The position numbers were made by a program, and so were the translations under genes. Positions 1 through 12,430 of a DNA stretch of 64,000 bases are shown in pieces; within the stretch, counting starts at the first letter, position 1; the number at the start of each line of letters is the position of its first letter. The stretch spans positions 72,974,001 through 73,038,000 of the forward strand of contig NC_091996.1 of assembly GCF_044704955.1 (NCBI RefSeq), in the 5' to 3' direction. The notes under the pieces are model-generated. The model saw only the letters and a list, made by a program, of their open reading frames with translations. It was not told the DNA's origin and did not search any database. This DNA comes from Pristiophorus japonicus (lineage: Eukaryota).

Positions 1-125
1 TTTGTCCCCTCGACCTAAAACTACTGAACTCAGTCTTTCCCTCCTGAAGTCTACAGGCTGTAAAACTGAAGCTTGGTGTCCCTCAGTCCCGAATCGATGA
101 TTTACCTCCCCTTTTCCCCTTCGGA

Positions 126-420
126 TGTGTTGCACACTCTGGGCCCTGGCCCTTCCCCGGGGATTCTCAGTATGAACAGGGGGGTGTGTGTTGAGACAGG
201 ATGTCCCAACTCTCCTCCCCCTGGGTTGTGTTGCACACTCTGGGCCCTGGCCCTTCCCTGGGGATTCTTAGTATTAACAGGGGGGTGTGTGTTGAGACAG
301 GATGTCCCAACTCTCCTCCCCCTGGGTTGTGTTGCACACTCTGGGCCCTGGCCCTTCCCTGGGGATTCTCTGTATGAACAGGGTGGATGTGTGTTGAGAC
401 AGGATGTCCCAGCTCTCCAC
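126..420. repeat. 101-bp tandem repeat, about 3 copies
   Basis: TGTGTTGCACACTCTGGGCCC recurs at 126, 227 and 328. Confidence 0.9.
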
Positions 421-654
421 CTTTAAAGGGATAAGGAGAGGACCAGCTGGGCTGAATGGCACTGTTTGATGACATAACTGCAGTGCCTAGCAACCAATCT
501 GCCTCAACCCTGCTCATTATGGGCTGGGTTTAGCTCAGTGCTGTTACAGGAAGGGAAACAGGAGCAGGATTTGACCCCTGTGGTGCCCAGGAATAATGGG
601 GAGAGGTACAGGATCAATTTATACCTTATTGAGTGAGAAATGTCAATGTCCCGG

Positions 655-3600
655 ACACTCCCTATGTGGGAAATCAGGGACACGTGTCCATGACAACTAT
701 GTGTGCGGGAAGTGTGTCGAGCTGCAGCTCCTGACAGACTGCATTGCGGAACTGGAGCTGCGCATGGATTCACTCTGGAGCATCCGCGATGCTGAGGATG
801 TCGTGAATAGCACGTTTAGAGAGTTGGTCACACCGCAGGCAAAGGGTACAAAGGCAGATAGGGAATGGGTGACCATCAGGCAGAGCAGTAGTAGGAAGGT
901 AGTGCAGGAGTCCCCTGTGGTCATCTCCCTCCAAAACAGATATACCGCTTTGGATACTGTTGGGGGAGATGGCTCATCAGGGGAAGGCAGCAGCTGCCAA
1001 GTTCATGGCACCATGGGTGGCTTTGCTGCACAGGAGGGCAGGGAAAAAAGTGGGAGAGCAATAGTGGTAGGGGATTCTATTGTAAGGGGAATAGATAGGC
1101 ATTTCTGAAGCCACAAACGAGACTCCAGGATGGTATGTTGCCTTCCAGCTGCAAGGGTCAAAGATATCTCGGAGCAGCTGCAGGGCATTCTGGAGTGGGA
1201 GGGTGAACAGCCAGTTGCCGTGGTGCATATAAGTACCAACGATATAGGTGAAAAGCAGGATGAGGTCCTACAAGCTGAATTTAGGGAGCTGGGGGTTAAA
1301 TTATAAAGTAGGACCTCAAAGGTAGTAATCTCAGGATTGCTACCAGTGCCACGTGCTAGTCAGAGTAAGTAGAAATAGCAGGATAGCTAAGCTGAATATG
1401 TGGCTTGAGGAATGGTGCAAGAGGGAGGGATTCAAATACCTGGGACATTGGAACTGGTTCTGGAGGAGGTGGGACCAGTACAAACCGGACGGGCTGCACC
1501 TGGGCAGGACCGGAACCGATGTCCTAGGGTGAGTATTTGCTAGTGCTGTTGGTGAGGATATAAACTAATAGGACAGGGGCAGAGAAACCTACGCAGGGAG
1601 ACAGAGGGAAGTAAAATGAGGTCAAAAGCAAAAGGTAGGAAGGAGAAAAGTAAAAGTGGAGGGAAGAAAAATCAAAGACAAAGATCAAAAAGGGCCACAT
1701 TACAGCATCATTCTAAAAGGACAAAGAGTGTTAAAACAAAAACAAGCCTGAAGGCTCTGTGTCTCAATACGAGGACTATTCGTAATAAGGCGGATGAATT
1801 AACTGCGCAGATAGCAGTTAACGGATATGATGTAATTGGCATCACGGAGACATGGCTCCAGGGTGACGAAGGCTGGCAACTCAACATCCAGGGGTATTCA
1901 CCATTCAGAAAAGATAGACAGAAAGGAAAAGGAATTGGGGTAGCATTGCTGGCTAAAGAGGAGATTAACGCAATATTAAGGAAGGACATCTGAGGTGGAA
2001 TCTGTATGGGTAGAGCTGCGGAACACCAAAGGGCAGAAAATGCTAGTGGGAATTGTGTACAGACCACCAAACAGTAGTAGTGAGGTTGGGGATGGCATCA
2101 AACAGGAAATTAGGGATGCGTGCAGTAAAGGTACAGCAGTTATCATGGGTGACTGTAATCTACATATAGATTGGGCTAACCAAACTGGTAGCAATACGGT
2201 GGAGGAGGATTTCCTGGAGTGTATAAGGGATGGTTTTCTAGACCAATATGTCGAGGAATGAACTCGAGAGCTGGCCATCCTAGACTGGGTGTTGTGTAAT
2301 GAGGGAGGATTAATTAGCAATCTTGTTATGCGAGGCCCCTTGGGGAAGAGTGACCATAATATAGTGGAATTCTTCATTAAGATGGAGAGTGACACAGTTA
2401 GTACAGAGACTAGAGTCCTGAAAAAGAAAGGTAACTTCGATGGTATGAGGCGTGAATTGGCTAGGATAGACTGGCAAATGGTACTTAAAGGGTTGATGCT
2501 GGATAGGCAATGGCAAATATTTAAAGATCACATGGATGAACTTCAACAATTGTACATCCCTGTCTGCCATAAAAATAAAACAGGGAGGGTGGCTCAACTA
2601 TGGCTTACAAGGGAAATTAGGGATAGTGTTAAATCCAAGGAAGAGGCATATAAATTGGCCCAAAAAAGCAGCACATCTGAGGACTGGGAGAAATTTAGAA
2701 TTTAGCAGAGGAGCACAAAGAGTTTAATTAGGAGGGGGAAAATAGAATATGGGAGTAAGCTTGCAGGGAACATAAAAACTGACTGCAAAAGCTTCTACAG
2801 ATATGTGAAGAGAAAAAGATTAGTGAAGACAAATGTAGGTCCCTTGCAGTCAGAATCAGGTGAATTTATAATGGGGAACAAAGAAATGGCAGACCAATTG
2901 AACAAATACTTTGGTTCTGTCTTCATTAACAAAGACACAAATAACCTTCCGGAAATACTAGGGGAACAAGGATCTAGTGAGAAGGAGGAACTAAAGGAAA
3001 TCCTTATTAGTCAGCAAATTGTGTTAGGGAAATTGATGGGATTGAAGGCCGATATATCCCCAGGGCCTTATAGTCTGCATCCCAGAGTACTTAACGAAGT
3101 GGCCCTAGAAATAGTGGTCATTTTCCAACATTCTATAGACTCTGGATCAGTTCCTATGGATTGGAGGGTAGCTAATGTAACCCCACTTTTTAAAAAAGAA
3201 AAGAGAAAACAGGGAATTCTAGGCCGGTCAGCCTGACATCGGTGGTGGGGAAAATGTTGCAATCAATTATTAAAGGTGTAATAGCAGCGCATTTGGAAAG
3301 CAGTGACAGGATTGGTCCAAGTCAGCATGGATTTATGAAAGGGAAATCATGCTTGACAAATCTTTTAGAATTTTTTGAGGATGTAACTAGTAGAGTGGAC
3401 AGGGAGAACCAGTGGATGTGGTGTATTTAGACTTTCAAAAGGCTTTTGACAAGGTCCCACATAAGAGATAAGTGTGCAAAATTAAAGCACATGGTATTGG
3501 GGTAACGTACTGACGTGGATAGAGAATTGGTTGGCAGACAGGAAGCAGACAGTAGGACTAAACGGGTCCTTTTCAGAATGGCAGGCAGTGACTAGTGGGG

Positions 3601-4605
3601 TACCGTAAGGTTCAGTGCTGGGATCCCAACTATTTACAATATACATTAATGATTTAGATAAAGGAATTGAATGTAATATCTCCAAATTTGTAGATGACAT
3701 TAAGCTGGGCGGCAGTGTGAGCTGTGAGGAGGATGCTAAGAGGCTGCAGCCTGACTTGGACAGGTTAGGTGAGTGGGCAAATACATGACAGATGCGGTAT
3801 AATGTGGATAAATGTGAGGTTATCCACTTTGTTGGTAAAAACAGGAAGGCTGATTATTATCTGAATGGTGACAGATTGGGAAAGGGGGAGGTACAACAAG
3901 GCCTGGGTGTCATGGTACATCAACATTGAAGGTTGGCATACAGGTACAGCAGGCGGTGAAGAAGGCAAATAGCATGTTGGCCTTCACAGTGAGAGGATTC
4001 AAGTATAGGAGTGGGGAGGTCGTACTGCAGTTGTACAGGGCCTTGGTGAGGCCACACCTTGAATATTGTGTTCAGTTTTGGTCTCCTAATCTGAGGAAGG
4101 ACATTCTTGCTATTGAGGGAGTGCAGCGAAGGTTCACCAGACTGATTCCCGGGATGACAAGTCTGACTTATGAAGAAAGACTGGATCGACTAGGTTTGTA
4201 TTCAATGGAATTTAGAAGAATGAGAGGGGATCTCACAGAAACATATAAAATTCTGACGGGATTGGACAGGTTAGATGCAGGAAGAATGTTCCCGATGTTG
4301 GGGAAGTCCAGAACCAGGGGTCACAGTAAGGTAAGGGGTAAGCCATTTAGGACCGAGATGAGGAGAAACTTCTTCAGAGAGTTGTGGGCATGTGGAATTC
4401 TCTACCACAGAAAGTTGTTGGGGCCAGTTCGTTAGATATATTCAAAAGGGAGTTAGATGTGGCCCTCACGGCTAAAGGGATCAAGGGGTCTGGAGAGAAA
4501 GCAGGAATGGGGTCCTGAAATGCATGATCAGCCATGATCATATTGAATGGTGGTGCAGGCTCAAAGGGCCAAATAACCGACTCCTGCACCTATTTTCTAT
4601 GTTTC
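655..4605 (+). mobile_element. Near full-length degenerate CR1 LINE (ORF1 zinc finger + SGNH esterase; ORF2 APE endonuclease + RT)
   Basis: ORF1 CGKC and GDSIVRG motifs; endonuclease GITETWL; [16 protein letters not shown] and [11 protein letters not shown]; many stops and frameshifts; TTTCTATG tail. Confidence 0.93.
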
Positions 4606-4679
4606 CCTGTCCCTCGGTATCAGTTTCTGGGAAAGAAGGATGTCAGTAAAGTTCCCTTTAGACCGCCCTGGATTTGTTT

Positions 4680-5035
4680 GATGGGCAATATAGAGGGAGC
4701 ATTACTCTGAACCTAACCCATGCTGTACCTGCCCTTGGAGTGGTTGATGAGGCAGTGTAGAGGAAACTTTACTCTGTATTTAACCCATGCCTTATCTAAC
4801 CCGTGCTGTACATTCCCTGGGAGTGTTTGATGGGACAGTGTAGAGGGAGCTTTACTCTGTATCTAACTCGTGCTGTATCTGCCCTGGGAGTGTTTGATGG
4901 GACAGTGTAGAGGGAGCTTTACTCTGTATCTAACCCGTGCTGTACTTGCCCTGGGAGTGTTTGATGGGACAGTGTAGAGGGAGCTTTACTCTGTATCTAA
5001 CCCGTGCTGTACCTGCTCCGAGTGCATTTGATGCT
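4680..5035 (+). repeat. 67-bp minisatellite, about 5 copies
   Basis: GGGACAGTGTAGAGGGAGCTTTACTCTG starts at 4832, 4899 and 4966. Confidence 0.9.
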
Positions 5036-5949
5036 GGCACGAGTTGCTCACATCGATGAACACACCTTTCAACTGAAAGATAAACCCATCAGCTTGTCCC
5101 TGGACGCAGGTCCTGAGGGTCAGTGAGTGTCCCGAACATTTTAAACATCTCCTCATCCTTTGTTCTAATCAGAAGAGCCCCAGGTTCTCGAATCTCTCTC
5201 CCCATAACTAAAGCCTCTTGTCCCTGCTATCATCTCAGTGAATCTCCACTGCACCCGCTCCATGACCTTGACAGTCACCTCACAGTAAAATGCCCCAAAA
5301 CTTGACACAATATTCTAAATACAGCCTAATCAATGATTTGTGCTCGACACCCGATTTATAAAACCAAGGATAACATTTTTAAACAACTTGATTAACTTGT
5401 CCTCCCATATTTAACGATTTGTGTAAATGAACACATTGTAGGTTTTAAAGATATTATCACGTGGCTGAAATCCATTGCCATGAAACGTCTGATATAATGT
5501 GTATTATGGGAGAGAAATTTATTCTGAGTTAGAAACTCAAACAGGAGCTTCACTGCAGACAGGTCACCGTGGCAACACTGATAAGGCATTCCATTCCACT
5601 GAACCCACTGACTGGAAACTGTAATCAGATCAGGGGAAACAGAGAGTTTTCCGTTATTAACCACAATATAAGCTTCATACAGAGTGAGTAATAGATTCAA
5701 TTATAATGTGCGATGAAAGGTTCTGACAGAAGGTCTCTCTCCACAGACGCTGCCTGACCTGAATATTTCCAGCATTTTGTTTTGATTTCAGATTTACAGC
5801 ATCCGCAGTATTTTGTTTCTGTAATTGGAATGTTCTTTCAGAGAGCCGCACAGGCACGATGGGCCGAATGGCCCCCTTCTGTGCTGTATCATTGTGATTC
5901 TATGAAGTGTCAGTTTAATGCAATTACAGAAGCATCAGAGAGTTTGTAT

Positions 5950-6260
5950 GAGAATGTAACTGAGTATCGAGCCAACGTGTCTGGGTTATGTAAACTGGAC
6001 ATGTTCACACTGGGACAGAGGTTGAGAGGTGATAGGATTACTGTTTGTGGGATTCTAAAGGGACTGGATAATGTAGAGCATGACAAGTTATTTCACCTTG
6101 TCCAGAACAGTAGAACCAGAGGGCATGGCCTGTGCTTAAAGGGGGTAAATTCAAATCCAATCTGTGGGAACAATATTTCAGTGAGAGTGGTCAATCTATG
6201 GGACAGGCTCCCTCGGGAGACAGTGGAAGCAATTCGTGTTGACTCATTCAATGGAAATTG
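5950..6260 (+). mobile_element. Old CR1-type RT C-terminal fragment
   Basis: RLRGD...RTRGH...RVVNLW motifs in ORF 5782..6303. Confidence 0.65.
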
Positions 6261-6790
6261 GTCCGATGTCATTCATAGAATGCCATTTTGGGACACAGTG
6301 TGAGAGTAATTTGAGACGTGATGTGTGGTAAGTGTAGAATGCTGGGGAGGAACAGGTGACTTTGGTCCTCTGGGTCCTAAAGCTCTCCACCCCTGGTGTT
6401 TTCCTCGCCTCATGTCTGGGTCTGTTGTACACTCATTGATAGCGACTGATTACTGTGATTGGTCAACACTCCAATACTGCTGTATCATGGGACCAGCAGG
6501 ATGGTAGAAGGCCAATTAGATGAGAACTGAAACAATCCAGAGTAAGGAAGGAGAAAAGGCCCAAAAATGGAGCAGTCAGTAACAGGACATCAATTGGTCT
6601 CTTAACATGGAGACACCATAGAATCCACAAAAAGTGTTTTTGAAGCAAAGCTGATTTATTTGACATTTATCCAGAATATTAAACTCCAGCGCAGTTACAG
6701 GTGTTATCAGCAGAAACAAACCCCAACTGCCTAAATGAACATGATTCAGTCCTGGATGTGATTAACAGCAGCAGAATCCAACCTCTGCAG

Positions 6791-7370
6791 TCATTTGTGA
6801 ACTTGCCGGTGTCTCAGTAAGGAGGATGACTGAGTGAATCCCTTCCCACACACAGAGCAGATGAACGGTCTCTCCCCGGTGACTGCGTTGATGAGTTTCC
6901 AGCTCAGACGGGTAACTACATCCTTCCCACATTTCCACGGTTTTTCCATGGTGTGGGTGCCCTTGTGTCTCTCCAGGTTGGACGAGGAGTTGAAGCCTCG
7001 TTCATACATAGAGAACACGTGTAGTTTCTCTCCGCTGTGAATGGTGCGATGTTTTTTCAGGCTGTGTGACAGGTTGAAGCTCTTTCCACAGTCAGTGCAC
7101 TGGAACACTCTCACTTGGGGGGGGGGGGGGTGTCTCAGGGGTTTTCCAGTCACATTGATGTTTGAAATCTTTCCCACAGACAGAACAGACAAACATTTCT
7201 CCTTCCACATTGAAAGGCGGCTGATATTCAGGCCCTGATGAATGGAGTGAGTGTGTGAGATGTGGATGTGATGTTGGGTGTGAGTTTGCGGCCTGTAAAT
7301 ACTGCCCTTCTCACATCCTGGAACAGCACTTTACAAAAGCCATCACTGAGAGTCCAGGATAGAAATTCAC
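6791..7370 (-). pseudogene. C2H2 ZNF pseudogene, MEKPW class, frameshifted
   Basis: [17 protein letters not shown] and terminal [22 protein letters not shown]; indels; 5' part homologous to 62330-62760. Confidence 0.85.
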
Positions 7371-7379
7371 AATTGCTGT

Positions 7380-7680
7380 CCCAGAATCTAGAACTCGGGG
7401 GCATAGTTTCAGAATAAGAGGCTGCCTACTAAAGATCACATTCAGAAGAAATTTCTTCTCTCAGAGGGTTGTGAACCTTTGGAAATATCTACTCCAGAGA
7501 GCGGTGAAGGCTGAGTCATTCAATATATTCAAGGCTGAGATAGACGGATTCTTGAACTATAGAAGAGTCAAGGCTTATGGGGAACAGGCAGGAGAGTGGA
7601 GTTGGGTCCAAGATCAGATCAATCATGATCATATTGAATGGCGGAGCAGCCTCGAGGGGCCGTATGGCCTATTTCTTGTG
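7380..7680 (+). mobile_element. CR1 3' end fragment
   Basis: RTRGH/FFSQRVVNLW-coding sequence followed by a CR1-type 3' UTR. Confidence 0.8.
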
Positions 7681-8160
7681 TGTCGGGATTGTAGTATCTG
7701 GGAGTTTGTGAAAAACAAGACTGTCCCACACAGCCTCATCTGCAGCAAATGTCTCTGCCTCATGACATCCCAGCTCAGAGTCGGTGAGCTGAAATCCAAG
7801 CTAGAGACACTCCAACATAAAAGGGAGGTGCAGAAATTACTGCATAATTTACTCAAATACAGTCACACACCAGAAGAAAGCACAGATGCAGGACAGGGAG
7901 AGTGTGACTGTCAGTCAACCAGGTATGGGGAACATAGGAGAGGGAGTGAAGGAGGTCCAACAGACTCTGCTCCTGTCCAATAGATATAAAGTACTCAATA
8001 TATGTGGGGATCAGGAAAAAGACAGTGGGAAGGACCGCCGGAATGCTGCCAAAGGCACCATGAAACAGGGGGAAGTCCAAGGGGAGGAGGTGCAGAGAGG
8101 AAAGATTGTAGTTATAGGGGATTCTATCATTAGGAGGATAAATAGTAATACTTTGTAGTC
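7680..8160 (+). mobile_element. Divergent CR1-like ORF1 fragment
   Basis: CRDC..CSKC and LSNRY..VIGDSIIR motifs; very similar to 55640-56100(-). Confidence 0.75.
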
Positions 8161-8635
8161 AGGATTGAGACACATTTGCTGCAGATGAGACAGTGTGGGA
8201 CAATCTCGTTCACAAACTCCCAGATACTACAATCCCGATTGAGATTGGGGAATAAAGAAAATGAATCAATAAATGATCCAGAAACCAGAGTACCCGGGTC
8301 CTCAGTCATGGTGCGAAGTTCACTCGCCACCAATTTCCCGTTACTAAATCTCACCTCAGGTCCCGCCCAGTCTAGTTTAATTACTAAATGTTTTCTAACT
8401 TGGGTTCAGGCCTGTCATTCTCAGGGAAATTTACAAGGCCTCATTTATTGGTGTGTCCCACCCGAGAGGCCAATAACGCCTTTAATAAACTGGCAGCAAG
8501 TGGGTTTTAAGCGGAAAAAGGTGAAAAACGCCAGTATCGATGCCTCAAAACTCACGGACTGAGAAATCCATTGCACCAGCGCCCCTGCCACAAGATTCAA
8601 TATCCACCCCCTCCACCACTGGTGCACTGTGTCTG

Positions 8636-8840
8636 CAGTATGTACGGTCAACAAGATGACCAGGGTCAGGTCATGTGCAGTCAAAGGTCAGGGAACAGAA
8701 AGGATGGAAAGGTCGCTACAAACTTCCCTCAAGTCCAACCCTCTGATTTCTGTTCTGTAGCCATCTTTCCATCCATTTTGCTGCCTGGCCCTTCACTCCA
8801 CACGGCCTGACCTTGGTCATCTTGTAGACCTTACACACTG
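8636..8840. repeat. Imperfect inverted repeat: 85-bp arms, 35-nt loop
   Basis: 8636-8720 aligns without gaps to the reverse complement of 8756-8840, with 16 mismatches by manual count. Confidence 0.85.
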
Positions 8841-8859
8841 TTACGGATCACAAGCTGGT

Positions 8860-9295
8860 TACAAAACAGAAAACAGAGAATGGGAGTTAAGAACAGCTAC
8901 TCAGACTGGCAAAAGGTGGGAAGCGGTGTTCCACGGGGATGGGTCTTGGAACCACTGTTCACCATTTATATAAACCGTTTGGACTCGGGAATCGGAAGTA
9001 CAATTTCAAAATTTGTCAATTACATCGAATTGGGAGGTAGAGTTAATACTGAAGACAGAGAAAATACAAGACATTAATGAATTTGCAGAATGCGCGTGTA
9101 ATTGGGAAATGAATTTCAATATAGTGCATTTTTGTAGGAAAGATAAGGAAGCCACATACTATTTGGAAAATAGGAGACTAAATGGGGTAGAGGAGCAAAG
9201 GGATCGCGGGGTACAGATACACAAATCACTAAAAGTAGGTTAATAAGGCCAAAAAAAAAAGCAAACAAAGCACTAGGGTTCATTTCTAAAGGAGT
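8860..9295 (+). mobile_element. Degenerate CR1 RT fragment
   Basis: WQKVGSGVPRG..LFTIYIN..TISKF motifs. Confidence 0.75.
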
Positions 9296-9588
9296 TTTCT
9301 GTTCTGTGCCGAGGAGCTCTGAACCATTAAAGAGATTGGCTAGGACACATTTCTTACACACCTCAAGACATGTATCCAGAATATTAAAGTCCAGCCCAGT
9401 TATAGGGTTAGTAACGTCAGCAGAAACTAACCCCAACTGTCAGAATAAACATGATCCAGTCGTGGGTGAGATTAACAGCAGCAATAACAGCAGAATCCAA
9501 CCCCTGCAATCACGTGAATCCGCTGGCGTTTTAGCACGGTGGATGACTGAGTGAATTCCTTCACACACTCGGAGCAGGCGAATGGCCT

Positions 9589-10461
9589 CTATCCAGTGTG
9601 AACTCGCTGGTGTCTCAGCAGATGCTTTTTGCTTTTAAATCTCTTCTCACAGTCAGAACAGCTGAACGGCCACTTCCCAGTGTGAACTCGCTGATGTGCC
9701 AGCAGGTGGGATGAACGAGTGAATCCCTTTCCACACTCATTGCAGGTGAACGGCCTCTCCCCAGTGTGAACTCGCTGGTGTATTTGGAGATCGGATAACT
9801 GAGTGAATCCCATGCCACATTCAAAGCAGATGAACGGCCTCTCCCCAGTGTGAGCTCGCTGGTGTTTCAGCAGGGTGGATGATTGAGCAAATCCCTTTCC
9901 ACATACAGTGCAGGTGAACGGTCTCTCTCCAGTGTGAGTGCGCTGGTGCACAGTGAGTTCAGATGATCGCCTGAACCCAGTCCCACAGTGAGAGCATATG
10001 AATGGTCTCTCCCCAGTGTGAACACGTTTATGGCACCTCAGGACCCCGGAACTTTTATAGCACTTCCCACAGTCCAAGCATTTAAAAGGTCTCTCATCAG
10101 TATGAACTCGCTGGTGATTCAGCAAGTTGGATGACTGAGCAAATCCCTTCCCACACACGGTGCAGGTGAATGGCCTCTCCCCAGTGTGAACTCGCTGGTG
10201 TCTCAGCAGGTTGGATGACTGAGTGAATCCCTTCCCACACTCGGAGCAAGTGAACAGCCTCTCCCCAGTGTGAACATACTGGTGTCTCAGTAGGTGGGAT
10301 GAATCAGTGAAACCTTTCCCACACTCGGAGCAGCTGAATGGACTCTCCCCGGTGTGACTGCGCTTGTGTCTCGACAGGCCAGAGGATCGGTTGAAGCCTT
10401 GTCCACACACAGAACATGTGTATGGTTTCTCCCCACTCTGAACGGTGCTTTTTGCTTCCAT
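9589..10461 (-). CDS. C2H2 zinc-finger protein, 290 aa, 10 fingers, no effector domain
   Basis: Open frame from ATG (MEAKST) with 10 CxxC..HxxxH units and TGERP linkers; the track start at 10491 is TTG; candidate acceptor TTTTACAG|G at 10570. Confidence 0.85.
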   Translation of the reverse strand: MEAKSTVQSGEKPYTCSVCGQGFNRSSGLSRHKRSHTGESPFSCSECGKGFTDSSHLLRHQYVHTGERLFTCSECGKGFTQSSNLLRHQRVHTGERPFTCTVCGKGFAQSSNLLNHQRVHTDERPFKCLDCGKCYKSSGVLRCHKRVHTGERPFICSHCGTGFRRSSELTVHQRTHTGERPFTCTVCGKGFAQSSTLLKHQRAHTGERPFICFECGMGFTQLSDLQIHQRVHTGERPFTCNECGKGFTRSSHLLAHQRVHTGKWPFSCSDCEKRFKSKKHLLRHQRVHTG

Positions 10462-10619
10462 GTTCAAACGTTGATGATATACAGGTCCCAATGAATTGAG
10501 CGACTGTCAGATCTTGATGTGATTTTTGGTTTGTTTTTTCCGTCTAAAAATTCTCCTCTTCCCTGTATCCTGTAAAATGAATTACAAAAAGAGGAAAGCG
10601 AACGTGAGAGGGAACCCAC

Positions 10620-11160
10620 AAAAATTGGGTTTAATTAATCTGGTCATTTGTGGGGCAGGCACGAGAAAAAAGTGACCAAGAAAGCTGCTGGATTGTCGTA
10701 AAAACCCAACTGGTTCACTAATGTCCTTCAAGGAAGGCAACCTGCCACCGGGGCTGGGCCTGCACAAGATTCTGGCCTCTACGGGAAGAGAGAAAGAGAG
10801 GTGGGCGAAAGAGGGTCAAGGAGAGGGACTTTATACATGTGCAACTCAACAAGAGGTTTGACAGAACCTCCCAAACCAGCGACCTCCACCAACTAAATGG
10901 ACCTGGGCAGCAGGTGAAAGGGAAAACCATCACCTCCAAGTTACACACCATACTGACTTGGAAATATATAGGCTTCCCTTCACTGTCGCTGAGTAAAAAT
11001 CCCGGTACTCCTCAGCTAACGGCACTGAGAGAATACCTTCACCACACGGACTGCAGTGGTTCAGGTAGGCGGCTCACCACCACCTTCTCAAGGGCAATTA
11101 GGGATGGGCTATAAATGCTGGCCTTGCCAGCAACGCCCACATTCGGGAACGAATAAAAAA
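10620..11160 (+). mobile_element. SINE-like and LINE-3'-like repeat fragments, family not assigned
   Basis: 10930-11150 is homologous to 31250-31470(-). Confidence 0.45.
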
Positions 11161-11349
11161 ATTCTGTATCTGTAAAATGGATGAAAATCCTCTACAGAAA
11201 TACTTGTCCCTCGGACAACCCTCTTTCACACTGTGCGGACAGGGTCTGTTTCACAATCTAATCTCCCCCAGAATCACCTCCCCTGACAGTCCCACATGGG
11301 GAATTGTTGGCCCCGCTGGGCTCAGCAGTACTGGAGGTGAAACCCAGCA

Positions 11350-11750
11350 GCTTTTCCTCCATCCCCAGTGCAGCTCAACCTGCTACAACACCCTACACCA
11401 CACAGGAGGCCCGGAAGCACCTTCCGCATCCCGCGCCCACCCCGACACAGCCCGGCTGGCAATGGCTGGGTCCGCGGTATAAATGCAACTTGTTGTTTGC
11501 CTTATGCGGCTTTCCTGGTGCCGGGGCCCGGGCCGCACGCTCACCTGCCGCTCTGCCTCGGGGCCGGGGCCGAGGCCGCACTCGGTTTTGCTGAGGCCGC
11601 GCTCCGTTCCGCTCAGCTCAGCTTCCGGGAGCCGCACCGCGCATACTCCGCTCTGGGTGGTGCTCTCCGGGCAACAATCCTTTCCGCGTCTGCGCAGGGC
11701 GTCCCTGCTGGTGGAGATAGAGCGTATTCTAGCTCGCGGAGCACTCTGGT
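11350..11750 (-). promoter_or_regulatory. CpG island, probable promoter and non-coding exon 1 of the ZNF at 9589-10461
   Basis: CpG-rich in a CpG-poor background; consensus donor CAG|GTGAGC on the minus strand at 11544. Confidence 0.6.
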
Positions 11751-11929
11751 AGTCATCCGCCATTTTCTGTATTGTGTTTGCCTGGAGTTCCTATTCTGCG
11801 TTTCAGACACTCCAGTGCCAAGTTGTCCAGGTGTTCAAAGGCCATTCATTTCCCTCGCTCCATGTCACTGTTAGCTAAAGGTACAGAGATTGATTTCTCC
11901 CCATTATGCATTTGTTTGTGATATGTAGA

Positions 11930-12430
11930 GAAAGAAAGACTTGCATTTATATAGCGCCTTTCATGACCACCGGACGTCCCAAAGCGTTTTACAGCCAGTA
12001 ACGTACCTTTTGAAGTCTCGTCTCTGTTGTAATGTAGAAAACGAAGCAGCCAATTTGCGCACAGCATGCTCCCACAACTCTTTTGGGGGAACAAAATAAA
12101 CGTTAGATCAAGTGCCCCCCGATCTGGGGGACACTCCAGACACTTAACTGCCCCTTTTTTAAAAATGTTTTTGTTTCTTTTTTTTTGTTTTTTTGTGATT
12201 TTTTGGGGGGGGCATTAAAACCATATATTTTACAAGTGCCCCTTATAAAAGGGGAGGGCAAGCTCCCACAAAGAGCAATGTGATACTGTCCAGATAATCT
12301 TTTCTACTGATGTTGATTGATGGATGAATTTTGGCCAGGACACGGGGGCTAACTCGCCCATTTATCTTTGGAGTAGATCTTTTACGTTCACCTGAGAAAG
12401 AAGTGGTATCTCAGTTTAACGCGCTGAAAA
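11930..12430 (-). mobile_element. Deu-domain (SacSINE1-like) SINE, 3' part, interrupted at 12077-12257
   Basis: Collinear with the uninterrupted SINE copy at 36400-36882. Confidence 0.75.
12077..12257 (-). mobile_element. Tx1-like element 3' UTR fragment with 13-bp TSD
   Basis: TSD GCA(T/A)GCTCCCACA at 12064-12076 and 12258-12270; ends CAAAAGAGT; homologous to 22020-22231. Confidence 0.8.

Noticed and set aside
5705-5820. Penelope-type hammerhead ribozyme
   Set aside because: It resembles such repeats, but the CTGATGA and GAAAC cores are not intact.
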